Assembly: GCA_963848135.1 (NCBI GenBank)
Contig: CAWKCK010000003.1
Location: forward strand, 806,001-870,000
Source: an uncultured delta proteobacterium
GTDB lineage: Bacteria > Desulfobacterota > Desulfobacteria > Desulfobacterales > SG8-13
DNA: 64,000 nucleotides
Direction: 5' to 3'
The notes under the pieces are model-generated. The model searched no databases and was not told where the DNA came from. It saw only the letters and a program-made list of their open reading frames with translations. This document shows positions 43,164 through 53,240 of this stretch, piece after piece; positions within the stretch are counted from its first letter, which is position 1, and every line of letters starts with the position of its first letter. The translations under genes and the position numbers were made by a program.

Positions 43164-44669
43164 TCAATCACCGCTGGGTTCGGTGTCCGAATGCAAAACC
43201 GTGATTTCCAAGCCACCGATAGTACTTATCAAATCGACTTGTTGCTGGATACCAGTGGCCAGACGGATATGAGTGGCATCAGCCGGGAGTTGATTATAGA
43301 CGGCATCGGCCGTGATCCACCGCCCCAGATACAAAAGGTTCCAGGCATGATAAAAAAATCTTCCGTTTAGATAAACCAGACCCGTTTCGATTCTGGCCGG
43401 GATTCCAACCGCCCGGGCCAGGGCGGCCAACAGAACGGCGTGTTCATTGCAGTCTCCCACACCGTTTTCCAGAGTGGTCAGTGCGTCGGGCAGCGAAAAA
43501 ACCGGTCTTTTTTCGAGGTTGGCGTGAACCCAGGCAAGGATTGCCTTTGCATGTCCGAGTTTGCTGTTATCGCTTTTGTCAACCAGGGTCTTTGCCAGAC
43601 TCTTAATCTTCGGATGGTCAGAAGCGATAAACGGTGTCGGTTTTAAAAAAACTTCTTCAAGAACGCCGGGGTTACCTTCCGCGATATTCGGCGAAAGGTC
43701 GGTTAGCGTCTCGCGATTCACTGTCAATACATCGCCGACAAAACGCTGCCGTTCACCGTTGAGGTAAAGCCGGTCGGTGCTGATGCCGCTGATTCTCAGC
43801 CGCAGTTTTCTTATCGCCGCCGGGTCGTTGATCACACCATTGATGCCAACCGAAGCAAGACGCGTCAAATCTTCGCTTCCGGCAGAATTGACGGTGGCAA
43901 GCGCCGCCTGGCGGGTAGATTTTTCGAGACGGATGCCCAAAAGGCCCTTTTCCTGCAGGATATCGCCGTTATTATCGATCCAGGCAAATTGATTTACCCC
44001 TTGAAATTGCAACATCATCTTTGTTGCCGGCTGATCGATACCCTCCAATGGGATGCTCTCGGTTCCGACAATGCTGATCCTGAGCGGCACCTGCCCCATC
44101 GTCACGGGGTCGAATACGTCCACTGTAAGAAATTCGCCCGGTTTCAGACCGATCGCCTGCACGGCATCGACGATTCCCGCTACTAGAAAAGGCTTGTTCT
44201 TCAACGGAATCTCAAACCGCCGGGCCGGATCGCTGCCGGAGGTTTCGACTGAAAGGATGTCTCCGGTTACCGTGCCGCTGGCGGTAAAGCTCATGCGTCC
44301 GGATTTGACTGCAAAATCAAATGATTGCAGCGTGAAATCCGCTGCCAACCGTCCCTTGGTCTGCAGGTGGATATCCTGCACCAAACCCATCGTGTTGATC
44401 CGCATGAATACCGTTTCCGCAACAGTGAATCCGCTTCCTTCTTTCTGCCTGGAGACGGATCTGTTGGCGTAACCGACGGGCCTATCCGCCTGATATATGC
44501 GCATCCATGCGTCTCTGTCCGCCAGAGCGTGCAGCGATTCAGTCTCCGAGAGCCGCCGGGTGGATTCAAAGCGGCTGAAAAGATCCAACCGCATCGAAAA
44601 AAGCAGCAAGAAGGCAACGCTGCAGGCGGCGGCGGTTATCAGAAAGGATGGCTTTTTTTGTACGACCAA
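43164..44669 (-). CDS. Membrane-anchored transglutaminase-like protein
   Basis: N-terminal TM helix; catalytic triad GDCNEHA (Cys), YHAW (His), WITAD (Asp). Confidence 0.85.
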   Translation of the reverse strand: MVVQKKPSFLITAAACSVAFLLLFSMRLDLFSRFESTRRLSETESLHALADRDAWMRIYQADRPVGYANRSVSRQKEGSGFTVAETVFMRINTMGLVQDIHLQTKGRLAADFTLQSFDFAVKSGRMSFTASGTVTGDILSVETSGSDPARRFEIPLKNKPFLVAGIVDAVQAIGLKPGEFLTVDVFDPVTMGQVPLRISIVGTESIPLEGIDQPATKMMLQFQGVNQFAWIDNNGDILQEKGLLGIRLEKSTRQAALATVNSAGSEDLTRLASVGINGVINDPAAIRKLRLRISGISTDRLYLNGERQRFVGDVLTVNRETLTDLSPNIAEGNPGVLEEVFLKPTPFIASDHPKIKSLAKTLVDKSDNSKLGHAKAILAWVHANLEKRPVFSLPDALTTLENGVGDCNEHAVLLAALARAVGIPARIETGLVYLNGRFFYHAWNLLYLGRWITADAVYNQLPADATHIRLATGIQQQVDLISTIGGLEITVLHSDTEPSGD

Positions 44670-45108
44670 TTCCGGTGTCCTTCACTTGAGGGTCGCTTTT
44701 CAGTATGTTGATTTCAGCCGCCCGCAATTAAAAGACCGCTGCAACCAGAGAATATTTCTTACAGGGCCCAATGGTGTGCAGCGAGATTTCCCCGATGTGT
44801 TTGCTATGGGTATCTTTACGGTTAAACCGGTATGGCTTTGAAAATAAGAAAGCCGGTTCGAATCGTCAAGGCGGACAACCTATTGTAGCATTTATTCCCC
44901 CTTTACCGACAGAGAGAAACAGGAGACGGCAGCGCCGCCCGGAACCGGACTCCGAAATTGGCGTTGTGGGTCGGTTCGTGGTACAATTTAGGCGTTATAG
45001 TTGACCGGCTTCGGTATACGGGCCGGTCGAATACTTTGACTGGAACTGAACGTGCATTACTTTGGGGGAGTTCCACCCCCGGACCAGCCAACAAAGGAGG
45101 TTGAAATT

Positions 45109-45528
45109 ATGAATAAACCTTTGAACCGGTGCCGTGTCTTGGAGATTGCAGTGGCGATTCTCGTCGGCATGCTATCTTTCGGTGTGGTCCCAACCGGTGC
45201 CGAAGAATTGGTGGTGGAACAGGCGACCATCAGCGTGGATGTTGCTGACCGGGAGCCAATCGATCCCGGTAACAGTTTTCCGGCATCGGTTGCCAGACTA
45301 TACTGCGTTACCAAAGTCGCCGGGGCGATGAGCCCGACAGATGTGACCCATGTCTGGTATTTTGGCGATGTCGAACGGGCGCGCATCAGTTTGGCGGTAG
45401 CAGGGAGTCCTTGGCGCACATACAGCTCAAAACGTCTCCTGCCAAATGAGGTGGGGCCATGGCATGTTGACATTCTGGATGGGATCGGCAATACGATGGA
45501 AACCGTAAGGTTTGACATCACGCCCTGA
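45109..45528 (+). CDS. Exported DUF2914-like protein
   Basis: AGGAGG RBS, signal peptide, DREP...LYC.T.V...HVWY...WRTYSSK...G.W.V. Confidence 0.75.
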   Translation: MNKPLNRCRVLEIAVAILVGMLSFGVVPTGAEELVVEQATISVDVADREPIDPGNSFPASVARLYCVTKVAGAMSPTDVTHVWYFGDVERARISLAVAGSPWRTYSSKRLLPNEVGPWHVDILDGIGNTMETVRFDITP

Positions 45529-45685
45529 TCGTAAAAAGTGTGCCGGGCCCCGGTGACGATTCGATCCGGCGCCCGGCTGTTGCAATACTTGCCCCTGCCG
45601 AGTGCACACCTCCGCGCCGTCCGATCCCCATTGCCATGAACGACTTTTCTGCCGTATGATCCAGGGTTGATAGCGTAATATTACA

Positions 45686-46705
45686 ATGGAGGAGTTTAGT
45701 GTGTATCTGGCGCACAAGTTTATCAGTGGAAAAATCCATTTTTTTATCAGAGAGACGTATCGGGAAAACGAGCACTTGCGCAGCCGGGAACTTTTTGATC
45801 TAGGGACTGATCCTGCCCATTATATCAAGTATCCCGGCGGCAATGCGTATTACATCGACGAAGTTGTTGAAGACGCCTTGGCCGTATTTGGCCTAAACCC
45901 TTCCGGTGATGAACTGGATGACATCTTCTGGAACTTTCTCGAACCGGAGATACGCTATAAAATTGAGCCTTTCCGGCGTAAAGAAATACGTGCGCGGCAG
46001 TCTCGTAGCGCACCTGTGGTTATGAATGCCGCTGAAATTCACCTGTTCGATAAATACCGGCTTTTCTACCTCAAAACTGGCCAAAAAAACTTGCAATATA
46101 TTCATTCCGTGCCGGTAAAAATGTTCCGGGTTCTAAACGCTAAATCGAGAGATGAACTCGAACAGCAGTTTATTTCCATGGAGAGAATCCTTCCAGCGCG
46201 AGAACTAAAGACATACGTCTATACGATTTTCGATCTTCAGAAACATTTCAGCGAGTCCTTTGCGAAAGAGATTCCGGATTTTCTCGATCAGTCGCGGGTT
46301 GACGAATTATTTATGCGCGAGATTTGCACCCTGAACGATGATGAGACATTCTGGTCCGGATTTGATACGGTAAACAATGGATTGGAAGACTACCTGGTCC
46401 GGTATCTGATCATGTTTGTCGACTTTGATTACGAACCGCGTAGCTTTATGGAAGAGTATATCCGCAGGTTCATCAACAGTCGCAGGGATTACCGGCCACC
46501 GATCCCGAAGGCCTCGGTTTCGATGGAAGAAGCCAGCGAGGTCTTTGGTGAGGGTAAAGAAACTTTGGTCAAGATGGATCGCAGTGAATTAACACGACGA
46601 TATCGGCGACGGGCTCGCCGCCTGCATCCGGATGCAGGCGGAAATTCGAAAGCTTTCATCAGACTGACGCGGGCCTACGAAAGCCTTTTACGGCGAAAAC
46701 CCTGA
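45686..46705 (+). CDS. Protein with C-terminal minimal J domain
   Basis: LTRRYRRRARRLHPDAGG...FIRLTRAYESL (HPD motif); N-terminal about 280 aa unassigned. Confidence 0.75.
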   Translation: MEEFSVYLAHKFISGKIHFFIRETYRENEHLRSRELFDLGTDPAHYIKYPGGNAYYIDEVVEDALAVFGLNPSGDELDDIFWNFLEPEIRYKIEPFRRKEIRARQSRSAPVVMNAAEIHLFDKYRLFYLKTGQKNLQYIHSVPVKMFRVLNAKSRDELEQQFISMERILPARELKTYVYTIFDLQKHFSESFAKEIPDFLDQSRVDELFMREICTLNDDETFWSGFDTVNNGLEDYLVRYLIMFVDFDYEPRSFMEEYIRRFINSRRDYRPPIPKASVSMEEASEVFGEGKETLVKMDRSELTRRYRRRARRLHPDAGGNSKAFIRLTRAYESLLRRKP

Positions 46706-46871
46706 CGTATTGGGGACTTATGACGTAACGTCGGCTGATGGGCCAATAATAATCATCATTCAATGACCGGCGGGTTGCCAAGGGTATAAAAGACCGCCAT
46801 GGGCAGATCACAACCCGTTCCCGCGGCCTTGGCGGAGGTCATTGACTCGAAACGGATAGAGGCTATTTAAA

Positions 46872-47867
46872 ATGAAGGAAGGACATTGGAACCCGGGCAC
46901 TCTGCTGGAACTGTCTGGATACTACTGGAAGACTTGTGCGCTGCATGCGGCCGTGAAACTTGATGTTTTTTCTGCTCTGGATCAGGCAGCGGTGTCAGCG
47001 GCAGAGGTGGCAGAGACATGTAACTGCAGTGGTGAGGCCATGCAACGCCTGCTGAATGCACTGACGGCGATGGGTTTGGTGAGCAAAGACGGTGACCGTT
47101 ACACCAACACCGGTTCTGCCAGCAATTTTCTCTCCCGCAGTAGCGAGAACTACATCGGCTTCATGATGATGCACCATTATCACCTGGTGCCTTCATGGCA
47201 CGCGTTGGATCAGTCCGTAATAACGGGTCAGCCGATTCGTCAGGGCGCCTCTCAGAGCGATGAAGAATGGCGCGAGAGTTTCCTGATGGGTATGTTCAAC
47301 ATGGCCATGAATCTGGCACCGCGAGTGGTTCCTCTGCTGGATCTGCGCCACCGGACTCACCTGCTTGATTTGGGCGGCGGCCCCGGCACTTATGCCGTGC
47401 ACTTCTGCCAATCGAATCCTGAACTCAGAGCGACCGTTTTCGATCTACCAACCACCCGTCCGTTTGCAGAAAAAATATTTTCCAGATTCAATATGGCGGA
47501 GCGGATAACTTTCAAGGCTGGTAACTTCATCGATGATGAAATCGGCCAAGGATACGATGTTGCCTGGCTCTCTCATATCATCCATGGAGAGAGCCCTTCA
47601 GACAGTCAGAAGCTCATCGATAAAACCGTGACGTCCCTGAAACCCGGTGGCATGATTGTCATTCACGAATTTATCCTCGACAATGACTTGACCGGTCCCC
47701 TGTTCCCGGCCCTCTTCAGCCTAAACATGCTTCTTGGAACCGCTGGGGGGCGCTCCTATTCCGAGGCCCAGTTGACGGAAATGCTCTCCAATGCTGGCGC
47801 CAGCAACATTCGCAGGATCACCTTCGACAGTCCCAATGATTCGAGCCTCATCCTGGGAACCGTATAG
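46872..47867 (+). CDS. SAM-dependent O-methyltransferase with dimerisation domain
   Basis: LHAAVKLDVF, RLLNAL, LLDLGGGPG, VFDLP, GNFI, LSHIIH, LKPGG. Confidence 0.88.
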   Translation: MKEGHWNPGTLLELSGYYWKTCALHAAVKLDVFSALDQAAVSAAEVAETCNCSGEAMQRLLNALTAMGLVSKDGDRYTNTGSASNFLSRSSENYIGFMMMHHYHLVPSWHALDQSVITGQPIRQGASQSDEEWRESFLMGMFNMAMNLAPRVVPLLDLRHRTHLLDLGGGPGTYAVHFCQSNPELRATVFDLPTTRPFAEKIFSRFNMAERITFKAGNFIDDEIGQGYDVAWLSHIIHGESPSDSQKLIDKTVTSLKPGGMIVIHEFILDNDLTGPLFPALFSLNMLLGTAGGRSYSEAQLTEMLSNAGASNIRRITFDSPNDSSLILGTV

Positions 47868-48065
47868 GACGCGTTTCGTGGTGTTTAAAATCAAACAAAA
47901 GCCTCTGCGCGCTGAGATGTTCGGGTCAGATGCCATCTCCATCTGGATTTGACGCTGAATATATGATAGGGACCCTTCTTGCTTGATATAGGATTCCGGC
48001 CTGCCGGCGGCATCAATCGACAAGGTTGGCAGCCCCAGTAAACACTAACACTACGGAGGAAGTCG

Positions 48066-48398
48066 ATGAACAAAACCCTTCTCATTTTTCTATTATTATT
48101 GGTTCTGCCGGGTTGGGCACTGGCAGGTGAGGAAGGTGCGGCCCTTTTCAAATCCCAGGGGTGCACCTCTTGCCATCGTCCGGACAAGTCGACCAAAGTG
48201 AACCCCTCGCTGGCAGACATTGCCGCGTCGTACCAGGACAAAGAAGATCAATTGGTCCGATACCTAAACGCTGAAGCCGACGCAATTGTCAAACCAGATA
48301 AAGCGGCAATGATGAAACGGTATGTTGAGAGGACAAAAAAACTTTCAGATGCCGAACGAAAGGCTGTGGCCGATTACATTATGAGCTTTGGAAAATAG
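48066..48398 (+). CDS. Monoheme class I cytochrome c (c555/c552-like)
   Basis: Signal peptide, GCTSCH heme motif, PSL..IA..Y, distal Met (AMM), LSDAERKAVADYI. Confidence 0.9.
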   Translation: MNKTLLIFLLLLVLPGWALAGEEGAALFKSQGCTSCHRPDKSTKVNPSLADIAASYQDKEDQLVRYLNAEADAIVKPDKAAMMKRYVERTKKLSDAERKAVADYIMSFGK

Positions 48399-48764
48399 CG
48401 ATCGCGATAAAAGGACGTGGCCATTGCGGCAAGACGGACCGGCCAGCGTTTTCCGGGTGTTGAATGACATCTACTGGCGGGCTCGTTATGAGCCACCAGG
48501 AAAAAAAGTCCCCGGACAGTGGGGGGGTGGGTTCGGCCGCCGCCCCTTTCTTCAATACGATCACTTATCTCGTATCAGCGCCGCGCGTATAGCAGTCCTC
48601 CGTGATCGAAATCGTCAAATGGGCTTTCTTTGGGTCCAAATCCGTATACCCCGCGTTGACAAGGTCTTCCAGCGCCCGCATATTATCTTATCGACAGATT
48701 CAGAACACCCTATCAAACTGAATTCACTCGAATAGCAGTCTCTTCATACCGGAAAGGTGACTCT

Positions 48765-49607
48765 ATGACCGTGGCTCCGAATGCGATCCCAAATACCTGC
48801 TCGTCGCGATGGGTGGTTATTTTCATCCTGACGACCGTTTTCCTGACCGCCTGCGCCCAGGTGCCGATCACCGGTCGGCAGAGTTTGCACCTGGTGCCCG
48901 AGAGTGAACTGCTATCTCTCAGCCTCCAGCAATACGGCGATGTTCTGAATAAAAGCCAACTCTCCAAAGATTCACGTAAAGTGGCCGAGGTTCGGAAAGT
49001 TGGCAACCGTATTGCTAAAGCGGCTGAGGCCTTTCTGGTCGAAACCGGCAATCAAGCGGCTCTGAAAAACTATCAGTGGGAGTTCAACCTGATCGAGGAT
49101 AAAGACAACGCCAATGCTTGGGTGATGCCTGGCGGTAAAGCGGCGGTCTACACCGGTATTTTGCCTTACACCCTAACAGAGACCGGATTGGCCGTTGTGC
49201 TCGGACATGAAGTCGGTCATGCGCTCGCCGAACATGGCAATGAACGCATGAGTCAGGAACTTTTGGCCAATATGGGTGGAATGGCGCTTTCGACCGCCCT
49301 TACGTCTCAGCCGCAGATAACGCAACAGTTGGCCATGGCGGCCTTCGGAGCCGGGACGTCGATCGGTGTTCTGCTGCCCTACAGCCGTCTGCAGGAAAGC
49401 GAAGCCGATCATATCGGTCTGATCCTTATGGCACGGGCAGGGTATGACCCACGGGTGGCAATTTCCTTCTGGCAGAGGTTGAATGCGGCACCGGGGTCAC
49501 GACCGCCGGAGTTGCTCTCCACCCATCCGGCTCCGGAGACACGGATTGCCAACATCAAGGCGCTTCTTCCGCAGGCGATGGGCTACTATCAACCCGCGGG
49601 GAAGTGA
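48765..49607 (+). CDS. M48-family zinc metallopeptidase lipoprotein
   Basis: LTAC lipobox, NAWVMPGG, HEVGH, YSRLQESEAD, LSTHP. Confidence 0.9.
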   Translation: MTVAPNAIPNTCSSRWVVIFILTTVFLTACAQVPITGRQSLHLVPESELLSLSLQQYGDVLNKSQLSKDSRKVAEVRKVGNRIAKAAEAFLVETGNQAALKNYQWEFNLIEDKDNANAWVMPGGKAAVYTGILPYTLTETGLAVVLGHEVGHALAEHGNERMSQELLANMGGMALSTALTSQPQITQQLAMAAFGAGTSIGVLLPYSRLQESEADHIGLILMARAGYDPRVAISFWQRLNAAPGSRPPELLSTHPAPETRIANIKALLPQAMGYYQPAGK

Positions 49608-49960
49608 TCGCTTGTGAGCATTCACAGGGCAACACATCTGCTTTTTTGTCGGACACTTGAAGTACAAAAGTACGTCTGCGCGCCCGACGCCTTGCATTTG
49701 CGTCACCCTGTAAATGATTACAAATAGGTGGCTTGATGCGCCTTGGACGTTGCAACCCTGTGAACGGCTGCGATCGCTTCATTTAAGCCGTCAGAATTTG
49801 GCCTTCCATTGGTGATAGCGCCTTTCGGCCTCTTCTTTCCCAGGAAGGTTTTTTTTCGCTGCCGCATGAATTGCAGTGATCCAAATTCCCTATCCGACCG
49901 AAATCCACCCTCTTAAAACCTGCGGCTATTACCAATTCACCCCACTGCGAGAAAGGGGGC

Positions 49961-51268
49961 TTATGACATTGTGCCCGATTCACAGGTCCGGAAGTACGGT
50001 GCCAGGGTGCGGCGGATACGCCACCGGATCAGGGAAGGGGCCGTGGGTTCGATTTCCCCGGTGTCAACAGCCGGATAGAGATCCGGGAAATACTGGCTGA
50101 GGAGCATGCGGGGCATGGGCCGGTTCAAGTTTTCCAGCAAGCGGTCAACGGATTCGACGACTTCAGGGCAACGCCAATAATAGCGTACCCGGTCGCAGTA
50201 GCTGTATTGGCGCATGAAGTCGACTTCGGCCGCACTCCCCCGGTAATGCGTTTGCCAGTGTTGTGGGTTGGCTTGCATGGCAGATGACAGCGTGTCTCGG
50301 ATCCCCGATAGTCGATATCCTCTTTTTTTATCCAGCCATTCAGTTTCGATATGCGACAAGGCGAAGACGGCTTCGCGGTAAGCATAAGTCAGGCAGGGGC
50401 CAACTTTGAGTATGGTGAAGTGGTCCCGAACCATCCGCGCTATCGTATCCGGAGATTGATAATCCGTCGCGTGAGCCTCGTAGGTCATAATGCCGGGCAG
50501 CGTGGCATGATAAGCGGACAGTTCGGTGGCTTTCTCCGGTCGGTACCTGGCAATCTTTGTGTTGCCGAAATCCACACCGGGTTGAACCACGACGGCGGCC
50601 ACCCGATCCCAGGCTGCCATCAGTCTGTTCCGATGGAAGCACTCCCCGGTTGCTTCAATTATCCGGGCAACATCTTCCGCCGGGGTCACCGCCATCCTAT
50701 CGGTATCTTCGAGACCACCACCCGGCAGTGGAACTTCCGCACCGATGACGTAAAGGGGCAATGGACGGCCGGCGGGGTTTCTTTGAGCTTCCGTTTCAGC
50801 CGCGCGGCACAGTGCCGCCGATCGCTCGGCAACCAATTCAACCGGCAGAGTCGCTTCCGGGTCATCGGCGCATCCCATCCCGGCATCCAGATGGATCTTG
50901 TTGAACCCAGCTTTGACGCATGCCTTCACCAGGGCTGTTGCTCTTCGCATGGCTTGGGCGGCAGGCATCCTTTTCCAGGGATGGGGGCCCAGATGATCGG
51001 CACCGATGATCAACCGCTTTAGGGGAAATCCCGCCGTCGCTGCCAAGGACCGCATATAGAATGCAAAATCAGAAGGTTGCATGCCGGTGTAGCCACCAAA
51101 CTGGTTGACCTGGTTGGATGTGGCCTCCGCCAGTAGGACGGCGCCTCGCGACCTTGCTTCTTCAAAAGCGGCCTCCAATACGGTGCGATGGGTTGAACAA
51201 ACGGCCGTGATTCCGCCAATTTCTCCCTTCAGGTGCCGGGAACGCAGATTTATCAGGTGGTCGTTCAC
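49961..51268 (-). CDS. gatZ: GatZ/KbaZ family protein (tagatose-6-phosphate epimerase / aldolase accessory)
   Basis: VCSTH, EATSNQVNQFGGYTGM, GADHLGP, KIHLD, VVQPGVDF, EAHATDYQ, LKVGP, DRVRYYW. Confidence 0.88.
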   Translation of the reverse strand: MNDHLINLRSRHLKGEIGGITAVCSTHRTVLEAAFEEARSRGAVLLAEATSNQVNQFGGYTGMQPSDFAFYMRSLAATAGFPLKRLIIGADHLGPHPWKRMPAAQAMRRATALVKACVKAGFNKIHLDAGMGCADDPEATLPVELVAERSAALCRAAETEAQRNPAGRPLPLYVIGAEVPLPGGGLEDTDRMAVTPAEDVARIIEATGECFHRNRLMAAWDRVAAVVVQPGVDFGNTKIARYRPEKATELSAYHATLPGIMTYEAHATDYQSPDTIARMVRDHFTILKVGPCLTYAYREAVFALSHIETEWLDKKRGYRLSGIRDTLSSAMQANPQHWQTHYRGSAAEVDFMRQYSYCDRVRYYWRCPEVVESVDRLLENLNRPMPRMLLSQYFPDLYPAVDTGEIEPTAPSLIRWRIRRTLAPYFRTCESGTMS

Positions 51269-51524
51269 AGTGGGAAACTTTCACTTCAATAGGTGTTTTT
51301 GTTCGTTATATTCCTGAATATTCTTCAGTTCGGCATATGACCCAGTTTGGTAATCATGAACAGCGATAATTTTTACTGTTTAACATAAGCCATCTCCAGT
51401 CAGAGGGGAAGGGGTACCAGCGGGCTCTCCGGTGGCTTTAGCCTTCGGATTGACCGATTGACGGTCGTCCTGCCGAACAGCGATGAACCCCGCTTGTTTC
51501 GGTGTCACGCCTGGAACGGTATCC

Positions 51525-53162
51525 TCATTGTATTGCCGATGACCGTGAGTGGCGATCTTCCTGATAAATCATTACACCCATGACAACCATCTGCAGCGCT
51601 GAAAGCCCCACAAAATACCAGATCCAGATTGGCATTCCGCCGAAAAAGGGGCCGGTTTTACCCCAGGACCAGAAATCGATGGATAGGATAAAAATCATAC
51701 CCAGCAGGTAGGTGTATGGCGAACGAAGCCAGGCGGGAGTATGCATTTCGAAGGTTCCTTCCCGGCATGCCAGGTAAAGGTGGGTCAACAGGTAGACCGT
51801 GAACGTTGTCAGCATGACCCATACCACCGGCAGAAAACCACCCGTTGGTATCCATTTCATGTAGAAGGCGACAAGCGCAGTCTCCCCGCAGAGGATGGAC
51901 AGTATCGCCGGCTGAACATACCGGCGCCTGAAATAAAGGCCGAAAATTACCGTGGGGAAAAGAACTGCCAGGCCCGTAAAGGTCTGCGTGGCTATCTGCA
52001 GGATGGTGGCCGGAGGACGATAGGCCAGGGCCAGACCCGCCAGGCTCAGAAAGATGACGAACAGCCTGCCGGTGACAGTGCCTTCCGAAGCTTTGCGGCG
52101 CAAAAGCGGCAAGATATCACGCGTAAATATCGAGCTGAGGGTCAGCAGTTGCGAATCCATGGTGGACATTAATGCCGCCATTCCGGCTGCGATGACCAGC
52201 GTGGCCATGACATCGCCCGATAAGTGTGTCATCAGCAGGGGAAGAATGCGGTCGGCGTCCTTGCCGACAAGATCCGGGATCGACAAGCGGCCGATCACCC
52301 CGATGGCTATCGGCATGATAAAGACGACCGTGCAGACCAACGGATAGAGGAGCATGATGCGGCTGATGGTTCGCTGGCTGCGAGCGGTGAAGAAGCGCTG
52401 GAACAGCTGCGGAAACATTGGATCGCAGAAAAACCAGAGCAACATAAAACTGAGCCAGATACCGGGTAAATATTTACCCGTACCCCCCGGGCGGGAAAAA
52501 AGTTCCGGTGATAGGGATAGAATTTTCTGGTTGGCAGCTGATAAACCACCGTGGTTTTGAACAACGACAATAAGGGATGCCAGCAGCATAACAAACATCA
52601 CAGAGCCCTGGAACAGGTCGGTCCAGGCCACCGCCCGCATTCCGCCCCTCAAGGTATACAGGACAATGATCACCGTTACGAGGATGCAGCCGAAAAAATA
52701 TGGCAGTCCCAGCAGCGCCTCGAGGGCATATCCGGCAGCCATGGGCTGCAGGGCCAGGTAAGGTATGGTAAAGATGATCATGACCATCGCGAAGACGAAG
52801 GAGAGTGCGCGGTTGCCATACAGATAGCGGATCAGTTCCGGTGGGGTGACAACTCCGTGGCTGCGGCCGATTTCCCAGATCTTACGTCCGAGGATCCAGA
52901 ATGTTATCGCCATAAAACCGGTGCCGAATCCCATTATGGGAAAAAATGCATACCCGTCGCGGTAGCCGGCTCCTGATGCGCCGAAGACCGTGAAAGCCGA
53001 AAAATTGGTCGCGACCATCGTTCCCAGCAACACCAGAGTCCCCAGCTTCCGGTCTGCCAGAAAATAATTTTCAGGGGTCGATTTCCAGCGGGTGCGTGTG
53101 GCAATACCGATCAGCAGAACGACGATGAAATAGGCACTGAAAACAATTATTTTTAACAACAT
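51525..53162 (-). CDS. Sodium:solute symporter (PanF/PutP-like) with extra C-terminal 2-TM module
   Basis: YFLADRKLG, ATNFSAFT, GGMRAVAWTDLFQG, AALMSTMDSQLL; GGAGG RBS. Confidence 0.9.
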   Translation of the reverse strand: MLLKIIVFSAYFIVVLLIGIATRTRWKSTPENYFLADRKLGTLVLLGTMVATNFSAFTVFGASGAGYRDGYAFFPIMGFGTGFMAITFWILGRKIWEIGRSHGVVTPPELIRYLYGNRALSFVFAMVMIIFTIPYLALQPMAAGYALEALLGLPYFFGCILVTVIIVLYTLRGGMRAVAWTDLFQGSVMFVMLLASLIVVVQNHGGLSAANQKILSLSPELFSRPGGTGKYLPGIWLSFMLLWFFCDPMFPQLFQRFFTARSQRTISRIMLLYPLVCTVVFIMPIAIGVIGRLSIPDLVGKDADRILPLLMTHLSGDVMATLVIAAGMAALMSTMDSQLLTLSSIFTRDILPLLRRKASEGTVTGRLFVIFLSLAGLALAYRPPATILQIATQTFTGLAVLFPTVIFGLYFRRRYVQPAILSILCGETALVAFYMKWIPTGGFLPVVWVMLTTFTVYLLTHLYLACREGTFEMHTPAWLRSPYTYLLGMIFILSIDFWSWGKTGPFFGGMPIWIWYFVGLSALQMVVMGVMIYQEDRHSRSSAIQ

Positions 53163-53173
53163 ACAGTCACCTC

Positions 53174-53210
53174 CAAATAATAAAGCCATCCCCTTGGGTC
53201 GGGATGGCTT
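53174..53210 (-). terminator. Intrinsic terminator inside the symporter 5' leader (attenuator)
   Basis: 10-bp perfect stem AAGCCATCCC / GGGATGGCTT followed on the minus strand by TATTATTT, then GGAGG and the start codon. Confidence 0.75.
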
Positions 53211-53240
53211 AGCCTTGCATAACCCATTAACAGACTATTA
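53190..53240 (-). ncRNA. Candidate riboswitch aptamer, Na+-I (DUF1646)-like
   Basis: Minus strand UAGUCUGUUAAUGGGUUAUGCAAGGCUA; UAGUC/GGCUA stem; loop UGGGUU can pair with GACCCA in the terminator; lies upstream of a Na+-coupled transporter. Family assignment from memory, not a model search. Confidence 0.5.
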
